Positions 33,991 to 46,670 of a DNA stretch of 64,000 nucleotides are shown here, piece by piece. Each line of letters opens with the position of its first letter. Within the stretch, counting starts at the first letter, position 1. The notes under the pieces were generated by a model. It did no database searches. It was not told the origin of the DNA and worked only from the letters and a program-made list of their open reading frames with translations. Both the position numbers and the translations under genes were made by a program. Source of the stretch: Sphyrna mokarran (Eukaryota); the NCBI GenBank assembly GCA_024679065.1, contig JAGIQG010000011.1, forward strand, positions 46,872,001 through 46,936,000, in the 5' to 3' direction.

Positions 33991-35735
33991 ATATATGTTG
34001 AATGTGATCGATAATGAAGAAGGTTTGGTTTCACATTCAATCACTTCTGACATTGAGTTACTTTTGTCTTTTGTCCTTGCCAGTGCTGGTGTGATTTCTT
34101 CCAATATTGCAATGAGGTAATGATACCTCCTTATGGTGTGATTACGATCTTTAGGATCCAGGCAAATTCTTAGCCATCCATTTGTCTTCTCTTTCACCAT
34201 TTTTACCCAAAGTGGAATTTATCCAATCTGGTGATCACCTTTTCTTCTATATCTTACAAGTTTTCCTTTTAATTCTTCTGGTACTTTCTGTGGGGATGAA
34301 TCAATGGTAATGTGACATTCAAAATTTTCAAACCATCCAATCATTCCAAAACCCTCTGTTTGCAACAGAACTTTTCTGATTGGAGGATGCTTTCCAGTGA
34401 GTGTCACCTTTTTTACCTCATTGTTTACTGAGAAATCTGCAGCTGTTTGTAACTGCTCAAGCCAGGATGACAGGGCCAGCTGTTTCAGTAATATACTTAA
34501 TAGGTTTGTCTCTCTGCATCCCTCTGATTTTGGTTGTTCATAGGTGTCAAATCTGTTTCCCTGTATGCTGTTAGCATGACATTGCTCAGCTTCAGAACAC
34601 CTTTCTTTGGATAATGTCTTTATTCCAAATTTTCAGGTAAGATCTTCTGGTATTATCTGAATGGGATGATATTACTCTTTGCTCAGGTGTCACCTTCCGA
34701 TTTATCAATGTAGACTTTTCTCTTACCCTCTTCCTAATTGGAATAGTTGTGAGAATTTATTTTCTCTGGGACTGTCGCATCCAACCATTTTGTGCAGTAG
34801 TATGTTCTCAAATTCATATGTTCCAGTGTATTGGATGTATCCTGTCCATTGGCCCTGTTGCTCTGGTTCTGCTGCCTTATCTATCACATTCTATATTTGT
34901 TCTGCACATCTTTTGCCAATGATTGGCTTTTCCATAAACTCTGCAGATTGACCTAAGTGTGGGTATTTCCTTCCATCTGTGAATTCATGTTGTCTTCACA
35001 GATGCATGTTTTTCTCCCCGTTTGATGTGCATTCTTTTGATTATGCTGCACTGCATCAGTCTTGTTACCTTTCTCTTGGTTTATCTGAAGGCTCGTCATT
35101 TGGATAGTCAGTAGCTTCACCTGTCTGCTCACAACCTTGTGCAGTGTTTATAGCTTAGGTTATTGTTAACTTTTTCCTAAGTAGCACTTTCTGTACTATT
35201 TCAGAACCACAAATTAGTTGATCTATCAGCCTTTCATCTTTGTCCTTAAATTTACATTATCTAGCTGCATTTTGAAAATTATTTTCTAAAGTTCTCAGTA
35301 GTATTGTCTAATCCTTATCTGACGGTTTCAAATTCATACTGGTAAATTCAATTATTTGATTTTGGCTAGAGATGGGTGCTGAATTTTTGTTTTAAATTGT
35401 TTGGATCTTCACTGAACTCTTCAGTAAGCTCCCAGTTGTCAAATTAATGTATTCCTACATCTCCTTCCCACAGAAAGCTACAGCTGACCCCCTCTCCATT
35501 GTTAATGCCTTTTAGGAAAATGCTGAATGTCAACCTGCACTCAAATGCCTCAGCGATGATTAGCTTCACAATTTATTGAGTAGATTTCATTCATTGCTGT
35601 GCTGATTTGATATTTCCTTTTTTTCCCATTTCTGCACTAAACTTTTCTTCTGGCATTAATGTTGGTTGGTTTTCCAAATCAGCCCTAAATTAATTTTAAA
35701 TGCTTCAAGTTTACTCACAGAATTTTTTGCCACTA

Positions 35736-35985
35736 TTCTATGTGTTCTTGTTGTACTTTAGTTCCCAGATATTGGTAATCATTTCACTTTGGGCTTGGAA
35801 AGATCAGAATTAAATAATAGCATACTGCCCTGTGCACGAGAAGGACAGAATTGAATTGGTTCTGTTCAACATCACATCCTTGTCCAGTGCAACTGTGAAA
35901 TGTCGTACTCTGGAACACTTATACATGGCAACCAGTTCCTAGCTAATTAATTTCTAGCTCTTTACAGATATTTGCAGATAATACA
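35736..35985 (-). repeat. Gypsy 5' LTR
   Basis: Diverged direct-repeat partner of 29750-30013; begins TGT on the minus strand at 35985. Confidence 0.7.
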
Positions 35986-36022
35986 GCAGCACCTAAAAAT
36001 AAGATAACTTGTTTTATTTGAG

Positions 36023-36207
36023 TCATGATGTGGAGATGCCGGCGTTGGGATAAAACACAAAAAAATCCCACAACACCAGTTTATCAGTTTATTTGTAGCA
36101 AACACTGCAAGCTTTCAGAACAGCCTGTCCCTTCGTCAGGAGGCTGGGAGTTTGCTACAAATAAACCTGTTTTTGGACTTTAAATTGGTGTTATAGGATT
36201 TCTTTGA
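36023..36207. mobile_element. Fold-back Penelope-type mini-element (family H3) with a hammerhead core on the minus strand
   Basis: Starts catgatgtggagatgccggcgttgg. Minus strand 36105-36143 reads CTGACGA-agggacaggctgttct-GAAA-gct-t. Inverted arm gtttatttgtagcaaac / gtttgctacaaataaac. Confidence 0.7.
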
Positions 36208-36269
36208 ATAAGCCTGCCAGTTTGATGTGTGGAGAGAAAGCCTGGCTGGTTAAGTAGAAACTAAATCAT

Positions 36270-36520
36270 TTCAAGCTCTGAGCAGATCAGAATCTGATTA
36301 CTGACTAGGCTTGGGTGAAACGAGATACAGAAATCCAAAGAGAAAGGCGAATAGGGACCAGAACAATAATGAATGCACAGCGACAGCCCTCAATGAATTG
36401 GGAAGCTGATCATCATAGAAGCATTTGTGAAATTTAAACAAAAGTGCAAATTGATATTCAGTAGTTCCTAAATGGCACTTATAATAAAGAGAAGGTCAGC
36501 GATATTCTTCTGTGGGAATT
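36270..36520 (+). mobile_element. Second Gypsy gag 5' fragment, opposite in orientation to the main provirus
   Basis: MNAQRQPSMNWEAD..EAFVKFKQKCKLIFS...KEKVSDILLWE, homologous to the reverse complement of 35465-35600. Confidence 0.6.
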
Positions 36521-36559
36521 AAAGTAAAAAACTGAAATTAGTTTCTTTATCTGAATGCA

Positions 36560-37530
36560 TGAAGCATCTGCAAATAAGTTAGATCTATTAATGGCATAAA
36601 TAAAGTAATTAGATTTCATTGTCAGTACAGACATACTTAGAGTGATCAAGGATGGGAAATAAATATTCCAGGGTCCACAGTATTTAGGAATTACAGAATA
36701 GCAAAGTAGGACGGGTAACTCTGATAGTAAAAGTTGACATAAGAACATTAATGAGAAAGGATCTGACCTCAGAAGATCACAAAATAGAATCAATATGGGT
36801 AGAAATTCACACAAACATCATGCAAACCAGCCTCCCATCCATTGACTCTGTCTACATTTCCTGCTGCCTCGGCAAAGCAGCCAGCATAAATAAGAACCCC
36901 ATACATCCTGGATATTCTCTCTCCCACCTTCTTCCATCAGGAAAAAGATACAAAAGTTTGAAGTCACAAAACAACTGACTCAAGAATAGCTTCTTCCCTG
37001 CTGCGGTCAGACTTTTGAATAGACTTATCTTGCATCAAGCTGATCTTTCTGTACACCCTAGCTATGACTGTAACACTACATTCTGCACACTCTTGTTTCC
37101 TCCTGTATGAACAGTATGCTTTGTCTGCATTGCTTGCAAGAAACAATACTTTTCATTGTATGTTAATACATGTGACAATAATAAGTCAAATCAAAATCAA
37201 AATTCAGAATAGCAAAAGTCAAAAACATTGGTAGAGTAATTTATAGGTCCCCAACAGTAGTCATACCTTTGGACAGAACATTAAACTGGAATTTATTGGA
37301 GCTTGTAACAAAGGTGATATAATAATTGTGGGCCTTTAATCTTCACATCGACTGAAACAATCAAATTGGCAAGAGTGGCCTAGAAGATGAATTTATAGGA
37401 TGTTTTCATGACAATTTCTTGGAGCAATACATTGTGGAACTGTCTATAGATAAAACTATCTTAGACCTAGTTTTATGTAATGAAGCAAGGTTAATTGTTA
37501 ATGTCATGGTAAAAGATTCTCTGGGAAACA
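36560..37530 (+). mobile_element. CR1 ORF2 endonuclease region (split by the Rex1 insertion); probably continues at 39110-40230
   Basis: DQGWEINIPGSTVFR...MRKDLTSEDHKIESIWVEI | ...GFMTISWSNTLWN / LDLVLCNE-like segments. Confidence 0.7.
36810..37199 (+). mobile_element. Rex1/Babar LINE 3' end with (AAATC)n tail and 7-bp TSD
   Basis: LPSIDSVYISCCLGKAASINKNPIHPGYSLSHLLPSGKRYKSLK...LKNSFFPAAVRLLN; AAATTCA at 36803-36809 and 37200-37206. Confidence 0.85.
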
Positions 37531-39109
37531 GTGACCAGAACTAGGGCTCAGAACAGAGTAGGTGCATATAGTTATAAATACCCAGGCCCAGGGCTTAGGG
37601 AAATTCTGGCCCAAGTCCTCCTTTGTATACATAAATTCAATGCCGTGCATCATCATTCCAACTCTTATTTCCTGCCACTTCCAGCTTATTTTCTCTGCCA
37701 GTGACAAGCAGGTGTGAAGAACAAAGTGCTGCAAAGAGGGTAGGGGAGCTGTGCTTGATTGATGTGATGTTTCAGCTTTCCATTGGTCCACCAGTCAAAC
37801 ACAAGATTGGTTGGGCTGAGGTGAGAAGGTGCAGACGTGTGCAAGACTGACGGAAGCATCAGAATGTTGAATACAACTGCAAGGACAAATTTTAACCATG
37901 AGACTACAAATCTGATTAGTTACTTTGGACTTTAAATTAACTGCTTTGTGTCAGCCAAGAATTCAGACAGATTCTGGAATTTAAAAAGGGGTCATATTTG
38001 ATTCACTATTTGGCCTTTCAAATTCCTCACTTATTTCAGCCATTAAAATGTAACTTGCTGTTACATCCCTATGGACCCAACACATTCCAAACAGTTCAAA
38101 TTGTAGTTTGAGGTGAAGGAAGATCATTTTAATACCAAGTTGGAGGACACTGTATGGTGCATTTTTAAGTGCCCCTGAACACCCAACATTTGTAGATAAC
38201 TGCTCTTTATGACTTTATGGAATTTAATTCACAATCTGCAACATTGAAAACACTCACTGAAAAAGTTCCCAAACTGAAAAAGAAATAGCTCCTATATTTT
38301 AAAGGTCACAAATAATTCATCCTGAGGTGATAGCTGCTGAGTTTTAATGCATGAGGATGATTTGTGTTATGGGAGCATTTTACTGAACCCAAGCAGTGGA
38401 AACCCAAGCCATTGTTTAATGAACAAATGTGCTTTATATTCCCCTTTGAAACTGTGTTACAGTTAGTCAGAAGATTCATAACATAATTTATCCAATGTAG
38501 TATCAATTAGGCATTTTGTGATGGGAAGCTCAGCTCAGTTGAATACAGCACTGAGATTCAGCTTGGGAAAAGGGAGTGAGATGGAATAGTGCTTTAACAA
38601 TTGGAGGATACTGCAGCTCACTTCAGACTGGATTCCCAATGAGGAAGCTGGCATTACAGAGCAGATGGAAATGTAGTGAGATTTGGTAAAGAGAGTGGAA
38701 TTGGGTGGGTTCAAACAGCAGGAACTGCGTCAAAAATTATAGGAAAATCAAGGCCGGATGTGCACCTCAGTCACAGATCTATGTCATTGCAATTTGGCTA
38801 AATGCTGCGTCAGTGCTGTGGACTATGTTCAACAATGGACCTGCAAGTAAAAATGGCGCTGCTGACAACATATTCAGAGGAAAGGGACATTGAAGAAGCC
38901 TGGTTATATGCAAGCACTGAGGAATTGGGAGTAGTTCTGTTTGAGTTTTGAATGCAGAAAAGACAATACCTGAGGATAGTGAAATTTCTAAATCATTTTA
39001 GCTTGCATGAGGACCAAGAAAAGAATTGGGGTGGACAGCAGTGGGGAGGAACTGAGGTGAATAGAGTGCACAAGTCAGGAAGTTATTCAATACCACCTGG
39101 AATATTCAA

Positions 39110-40230
39110 TTCTGGACACTACCACATCAAATAGTCAAATGTATTTGAATTTAGCAGTTTAATATTGTTACATAATCTGGTCTATGGGCCTAGAAATAAG
39201 CAAGACTCCATTGGGTATATCAACAAAAAAATGCAAAGGTAAATGAACAGTGGGAAACATTTAAAGAAACATTTCAACATCTTCCACAAAAATGCATTCC
39301 ATTGAAAACAAAAGCTCAACGAGAAAGTCCACCTGTAGCTCATTCAAAAAGTATAGTGTTAGATTAAAGGAAGAAGCACACAATGTTGCAAAAAACAGTG
39401 ACTCGTCTGAGAATTGGGATCGTTTTAGAAACCAGCAGAAGGTTATCAAAGTTGATTTTAAAAGATGAAAAGTACAATAGGAGAGTAAACCAGCCAGGCA
39501 TATAAAAACGGATTGGAAGAGCTTTGATGAGCCTACATAAAAGAGAACAGCTAAAGTTCCTTAAATGCAGAAACAGGAGAAATTATCATGGGGTGTGCTT
39601 GTACAAAGAACACAAAGTTAACATGCGTGCAGAAAGCAAATGGGGCATTGGCCTTTATTACAAAGGATTGAGTATAAGAATAGAGAAGTATTGCTAAAGT
39701 TGTGCAGGGTCTTGGTGAGATCATATCTGTGTGTAGCTTTGGTCTCTTCATTTAAGAAAGGATATATCTGCCTCAGAGGCAGTACGGCACAGGTTCACTG
39801 AATTGGGCCCTGGGATGAGGAGATTGTCTGGTATGGTGAGAGGCAAGTAAATTGGGCTCATGTTCTCTGGAGTTTTGAAGAATGAGAGGCAATTTCATTG
39901 AAATCTACTAAACTCTGAGGAAGCTTGATAGTGTAAAAACAGAGATTGTTTCTGCCAGTTGGGAAGTCTAAAACAAAGGTATAGTCTCAGAATAAGAGGC
40001 CAATTATTTAGGACTGAGATGAGGAGAAATTGCATCACTCAGGGTTGTGAATCCTTGGAATTCTCTGGCCAGAGGATTGTGGATGTTGCATCATTGAATA
40101 CATTTAAGATTGGGAGAGACAGGGAAATGAGTAATAGGTGGAAAAAGGGAGTTGAAGCCCATGGTCAGCCATAATTGTATTGAATGGTAGAGCAGACTCA
40201 ATGGACCATGTGGTCCACTACTACATCTAC
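39110..40230 (+). mobile_element. CR1 LINE fragments (ORF2 middle, internally deleted, plus 3' end)
   Basis: YSLRIRGQLFRTEMRRN; 3'UTR cagccataattgtattgaatggtagagcagactc. Confidence 0.7.
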
Positions 40231-40486
40231 TTGTGTAGTTTTAAAAATTGGGGAAAATTAAAATGAAAAAAGTTAAAGTGGGGAGTTGATTAGAGGCAGA
40301 TGGCTAGAGAAATTCTGAGATGCGAATTAGCCTATCAATGGGAAATAAGTATTTTACCTTTGTGTAGTGAGAACTATGGGGCTACAAAAGTGGTAACTTC
40401 AAAGTGAAAAGAAAGCCGACTCCACAGAGAGATGAAATCAGCGGAAAAGAAATGGTGCAACTATACAGCCCTGACCACAAAAAAAA

Positions 40487-40830
40487 CATGTGGAGATGCT
40501 GGCGTTGGACTGGGGTAAACACAGTAAGAAGTCTGATAAGACCAGGTTTAAGCCAACTGATTTATTTGATAGTAAACTCACAAGTTTTGAGGTTTCCCTC
40601 TTCGTCAGGTAATGGAGAGTACTGGCCTCAGACAGAGCATATAACAGCACAGACAATTTACAGATTACTAACTAGAGTGCGAATCTTTACACCTAACCTG
40701 CTATTCAAGTCTTAAAGTGGCCAACAATGTGGCCGGTACTCTCCATTCACTTGACGAAGAGGGAAACCTCAAGTCTACTATCAAATAAATCGGTTGGACT
40801 TAAACCTGGTGTTGTCAGACTTCTCACTAT
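40487..40830. mobile_element. Fold-back Penelope-type element (family H3) with about 100-bp inverted arms, each carrying a hammerhead-like motif
   Basis: Arms 40521-40627 and 40731-40830; CTGACGA-A-GAGG-GAAA-CCTC on the minus strand (40578-40612) and TTGACGA-A-GAGG-GAAA-CCTC on the plus strand (40751-40770). Confidence 0.8.
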
Positions 40831-41589
40831 ACCAAAAAAAAGGAAGACAAGGGAGAGAGATGGTTAAATATCAGAGCTGCAGCAAGTTGCAGCTAAAGTC
40901 TCCTGAGAGAAACTGACCGTTTCCTCCTTGGCTGAACCAAAGAACCATTCCCCAGACATGGCCATCTTTACCTAATGGTGATAATTATTTGCTGAATTTA
41001 GCTCAGAATTACTCAATATTGGATGTTGTTTGGGAAAGGTAGTGTTTGAGTTCGGCCAAATGTAGATAGTTTTGGAGTCAAAAGGATAGTTCCATGTAAA
41101 ATTATGTGCATATAGCCATCAATATCTTTAAGTGTATTAATGTTTGTTGATAATACCAAGCTAAGTGGGGAGATATTATAGTCTTTCTTGTGTGTGTTTT
41201 TGTTTTTCTTTTAAGTTAATAAATATTCTTTATTCATTGTAGTGAAAGAGTGGGGGCTATGTCAAAATCATTTTTTCCCACATCATTAATGAGTATGTAC
41301 GTGCGAAGCTGGTGCTTTCGTGTCAGTTTGGTTATGGAACGTAATGTGCCATTATTTCATCTCTGGAGCTTAGGTTCAAAGGGTGTAATGTTTTTCTTTT
41401 TGCTAGCTAGAATGGCTCTTAGAAGAGTTTCTACGGTCTAGATTTTGTGAATTGTGGATGTGATGGTTGTTTTCCAGTCAACTCCATTGCCAAGCAAATC
41501 CACCCAGGAATTTTGCCATTCTGTATGCCTGTGGTTGGTTTTCACTAGTTGCATGTGAATATCAAATATTCTCTTGCATTTCTTCAAGA

Positions 41590-42910
41590 AATAAACTTTA
41601 CAAACCTGGTCACCAAAATTAGAGCAGATCTACAGCACTGGAATAATTAGCTGGCAGAATGCAATCTAAAAAAAACATTTTGCATAGTTTCATTTTTTTT
41701 CCAAGGTCTTCCTATCATTTTACCAAAATCATATTTTGTTATGGTTAACAAGCTGAAATCAACAGCAGGACTCCTAAATCCTGTAGAGCAAGACTTGAAA
41801 GGAAGCTGGGATGGTGAGCTAGCACTACATAACTTACTGTACTATTACAGAGCAGCCAGTATTCAAAAGGTTTTAAAATGGTGTCATGGCCTGAGTATAA
41901 ATTGGTGTCTTATGGACGTACATTCCTACTGCTCATCCTCTCTTTCTGCCTTAATTTGTGTCCCTCTATCCTTATTCCTTCTAAACCAACATTAACCCCC
42001 CCGTTGTGATTTCTACTTTAAAAATATGGAAACAATTTTGTTAACATTATTAAACTTGCCACTCCTTCTCTATTGAGCCCTATATGTATAACAATCACCT
42101 ATTGTTGCCTTCCAAGCTTGTCTCGGCTTTTGTCTTGTGGAGAGGGGACTCGAACATTTTAATGACTTGACTGTAGATGTGACCTTTGCCAGTTTCAGCA
42201 AGCTTGCAAGAAGATTTAACATGCTTCAATCTTAGTCTTTACTGTTATTTTTAAGCCTGGAGTTTTGTTTCCTTTCAATGCTTATCCTTTCCTTAACTAC
42301 CTCCAAATACATTCTGGAAGGGATTTTGTCGCTGCTCCAAACTTATGGATGTTTTATTTCAAGATTGTATGGTCTCATGCTATCCTCTGGACCCTCTCAT
42401 CTCCATAAAGATAAAAAATGATTGGATCAATCCACATCCTCCAGTACGCTGTTCAGCTTAATTCAGTTTAATGCTTTGCACAGAATTCACTTCAACAAGG
42501 CCAGAATCAGTAAGTTTATTTTTCAAGCACAAACAACAAACGTGACAAGTGTTTACTTGAACCTGCAGACCATATCCACATATTCTGGTTACACTTGAAG
42601 CTGGCTGATTTTTGGTCATCCTTCTTTAACATTCTGTCCAAAACCCTCGGTATTGACTTCCAGCCTTGTCTTTCAATAGCCATATTTGAAGTCTGTCCAA
42701 ACTGACTAGTCTCACTAAGATTGAGGCAGACGTCATTGTATTTGTTTCATTAATAGCTTGCAGGTGGATTCTATTAACTTGGAAGTTTCCCAAACTACCC
42801 AATGTTTCATCCTGGTTGGAAGACTTGATGTATTTTCTTCATTTGGAGAAAATTTAAATATGCCATAAGAGGGTCTACTGAGAATTTTTATCGCAGAGAA
42901 TAGCCATTTG
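41590..42910 (+). mobile_element. L1-clade LINE ORF2 C-terminal relic
   Basis: IRADLQHWNN, FQGLPIILPKSYF, GELALHNLLYYYRAASIQK (compare GGLALPN..YY.AA) and LIQFNALHRIHFNKARISKF, followed by a decayed CCHC region. Confidence 0.8.
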
Positions 42911-44288
42911 TTTCTTTCTTTAGATTTTTCTTTAGATTTTTAATTTAACTTGTATTTTGCATAGATCTTGTTTGTGTCTGTCTGTTAACTGGGGGGGGGG
43001 GTGGCGGCGGCGCGTGGAAGTGGAAATGCTTCATTTTATTGTACTTTATTTATCTGTTCCTTATCTGTTTTTGAAAAACTCTTCTAATTGCGGACATGAG
43101 GCGTCCACAGTAGTTTGGGTCCAAATTGGAAATCTCACCAAGATATTGCAAAGGTGACTTGTATGAAAAATTCTCATCTATGCAAATAAATTCTAGAAGC
43201 TGTATTATTACGAATGGGGAAAAGCATCTTCCTCTGTGATCCACCCTAATCGGGTTCAGCGAGGGCTTCTCTGGCAAATTCTGATGTATCAGAAAACTAA
43301 ATGACAATAACCCTGACATAATTGCTGTGAATGCAGGCTTCTATTTTCAAATCCAACAAAGAGTTCTCAAATCCAAATCTTAAACTTATTTTACATTGTA
43401 TCTTAATTGAAGGAATGCTTGAGATGATGGGCTGTTTTGTGCACATGGAAGCCTCTGGGAGAAGGTGACTTTTATCAGCTTCCCACTTCTACCACTATTA
43501 CATGGGCAGTGTCCCATGCATGTTTTCCATGTGGATGCATGACAGGGAGTGAATGGGAATGTCTTTAATGTGCTGGCAACCTGCAGAGGCAGCATCATCA
43601 CTTGCTTATTTCAGCTACTGGACATAGCCTCACCACAGCTACTAATCAAAAAAAGATAGCAATCCTAATGGCATCAGTAAGATCAATTAAGCCTTCTAAG
43701 GTCTCTATGACAGATCCCCAATTATGTAGTGGCCAGAAGAGAGAACCTCAAGTAAGTGTAGAGAAGCACCTTTATCCTTCGGGCCTCTGACAATGGAGAC
43801 TTTATGGCAGATATTCATGGAGCTGCCACATACTCTAAGGTGAGCCATCACACAAGCTTGTATTTATGTGACCAGTAGACTCTCGTTGAGCTGCATCTGT
43901 CACAGTGTTTGGCTTACTGGTTGTACCAATACAGATGTGCTTTTTAAAGGTGAGTACAGTGAAGGTTTATCAAGCAAGGCAGACACAGACTGGGTAGCAG
44001 CTTAGTTCCCTTTCTGTCCCACAATGAACTGCTTCGGTACATTCATGTTTTGTGACTCTGAATCCACTTCCCCCAACACATTTTCAAAATTCCATCAGGA
44101 TAGAAGTAAGTGATCTGATGGATGAGAGGGAGCGAGTTATTGACCATACACAACTCAGTACTTGATAAGTGCTGAAAAGACCACCTGTCATGGAGCCTAC
44201 TTCTTCCTCTTGTGGTACGTCTAGAGAAAGCTAAAGTGTACTTGTGAATAGAATTCACATATAGCTTTCAGTAGCATTGACATGTTTA

Positions 44289-45006
44289 TGTTGGGGTACA
44301 GGTCAGAAATCCCAAGGTATATTGTGAAGTCAGTCTAGACTCCAATGACTTGCTATTTTAGCATTAATGTAAGGATATGATATTTCACTCCAAGTGCAAT
44401 TCTGCTGACACATTGGGAATCTTCATCAAAACAAATTTTATTTAACAACATAGTTTAACTATAACAAATAAATTAGCTTAACTTTTAATAATCGAACAAT
44501 ATTTGGACAAGACACAAGATACAATTTTTAACTGCTAACCTGAGATCTAATTTGAGTAATATTCCTCTTATAGACTTAAGTTCCCTCTTTAAAATCAGTT
44601 AGCAAAACAAGGCTTACTTGCTTGTACTTAGGTTGTCAGTCTGGGATCACTTAGACACCTTCTGGAGAGAGATACACACCTTGCTTCTTTCAAAACCAGG
44701 CAAAATGAAAGAGAAAATGTGTTTTTCCCCTGCAAGTTTAGCTCCTCCAATCAAGTGCTTGACTCAGTCCCTGTCAATAAACCTATTCAAGACGGTACTC
44801 TAAAATCCCAGAGGAAACTTCAGTTATCACAAATGTATTATCTCAACTTAAAATAAACACCACAAAGTACTCACCCTGTTTCCTAGCTACCAATTTAAAA
44901 TACTTATTGGAAAAATTGGCATTTTGCATACCAGATCCAAGTTTTAAACACATCCCTTACAAAAAAGTGATATACTTCTATTTCTTAAAGGCATAGTATC
45001 ATCACA
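44289..45006. mobile_element. Probable solo LTR (TG...CA, about 720 bp)
   Basis: TGTTGGGG...ATCACA termini with near-identical flanks GTTTA/GTTAA. The first ~90 bp recur at 24144-24230. Confidence 0.45.
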
Positions 45007-46304
45007 GTTAATACTTTTAAAATCTACATAAATACTTAGTGAGGGGAGAAGAAGATGAGGAAAATGAAATACAAAGATTGACCAGGAATCTCATCAGTCT
45101 CTTTCTCAAGCACTCTATTTAGCCTGCCTTCCCAGAATTTTGAGAATTTTTTTCCTGATACCAAGTTAATGGTCTGAAATTAGGAAAATTCTTACAATTG
45201 CTATTGGGTTGTCTTCTCCTGCAATTAAAGAAAAATAAGTGAAAAATTCTAAATGTTGATAATGAAAATAGCAAAGTGGCGATATGAAACCCATAATGAG
45301 TTAGACGACATGCATATGGCTTAGGGTCAGAGCAGAAGTAGCTGACTGCTTACAGGGCATTCATACAAAGGTTTGAAATATTTTTAAGACTGTGAGGAAA
45401 GGTAATTTGCCATATTGGTTAATTACATGGCAAAAGAGGAAGATCATGCTTTAATCTCGGTGGAACTGATAAGGTCTTTGAACTTCTTCTTGTACTTGTA
45501 CTTGTTTCAGATTCACATTATTGTCAAGGAGCCAATAGTACTTGCCTGTGTCTGAAACTTGTCCACAATATTAGAGTTAACTTGACCAGTTTAGACTCGT
45601 GCAATTCAGCTCTGCCCCTCTTCTAATTAGAATTATCTAAAATGGCGCTTGAGACCAGAACCTGGAAGTCCCAGAGCCAGAACGTGAGAACATAGGCAAG
45701 ATGTGATTCACACATGGAGGAAACCCAAACTCAGCAGAACTTGTTGTTGAGTTCAAATAGACTCCTATTTTTGCTAGAGCAAGGGCCTTATTTTGCAGTG
45801 TGTGAGCTGCGAATTTTTAGTGTAAATGTGGATACTCAAAGGGCAGAATAACTTGGCAGCAGGAAAAAGCCTCAAAATTCTGGGAAGGCAGGCTAAATAG
45901 AGTGTTTGAGAAAGAGACTGGTGAGATTCATGACCAATGATTGTATTTCATCTTCCTCATCTTTTTCTCCCATCACTAAATATCAAATATGGCACTGTCA
46001 AGCTGTCAAAGTATTTAAATTGTCTGCCCTTTAAGTTGCTGAAAGTGGGAGGGGCTGAAAAATACAGACCTGAGAACATTTTCTTTTCATTTAATCTCAG
46101 CATAGTGTCTGAGGTGTACCCATGGTGGAATCTGCGTAAATTGACATAGAGGGTGTAAGGGAAGAGAGTGGTTGGTGGGGTGGGATAGATTGGCGTGACT
46201 TAGCTCCAAGTTGGTATGGAGCTATGAAGATGAGTATGTGATCAGTGTGATGATCATGGGTTGGCACTAAGTTGGAATAGGAGTATAATGTTAATTTCCT
46301 GCAC

Positions 46305-46670
46305 CACTGAGCACAGTAGTAGCATGTATATTACCTACAAGATGCACTGCAGCAAGTCACCAAAACTCTTTCAATGGCACCTCCTGAACCCCTGATTTCT
46401 GCCACTTAAAAGGGCAAGGACAGTAGGTACATAGGAACATCCCATTTGCAAGTTCACCTCAAAGTCATGCATCCTCCTGACTTCGAACTCTATGACCGTT
46501 CCTTCACTGTTGCTGGGTAAAAATCCTGGAACTCCCTTTCGAACAGCACCATTGATGATTCTACAACACATAGCTTGCAGGGGTTCAAGAAGGCAGCACA
46601 CTAGCATCCTCAAGGGCAATTAGGGGTAAGCAATTGTGACAACCATATCCCATGAACAAATAAAACAAAA
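46305..46670 (+). mobile_element. CR1/L2-type LINE (family B) 3' end
   Basis: Homologous to 31430-31795. Confidence 0.75.

Larger units (their letters stand above)
29750..35985 (-). mobile_element. Degenerate Ty3/Gypsy LTR retrotransposon with both LTRs, interrupted by two LINEs
   Basis: LTR-like direct repeats at about 29750-30013 and 35736-35985, and a PPT-like AAACAAAGCGGGA before TGT (30014-30026, minus). Coding relics: gag KDERLIDQLICGS (~35200), RT VKEKTNGWLRICLDPKDRN...LEEITPALA (33982-34200), integrase KPWHTVGADLF and LFAELGIPKKL (31813-32300), integrase C-terminus (30380-30680). Confidence 0.82.
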
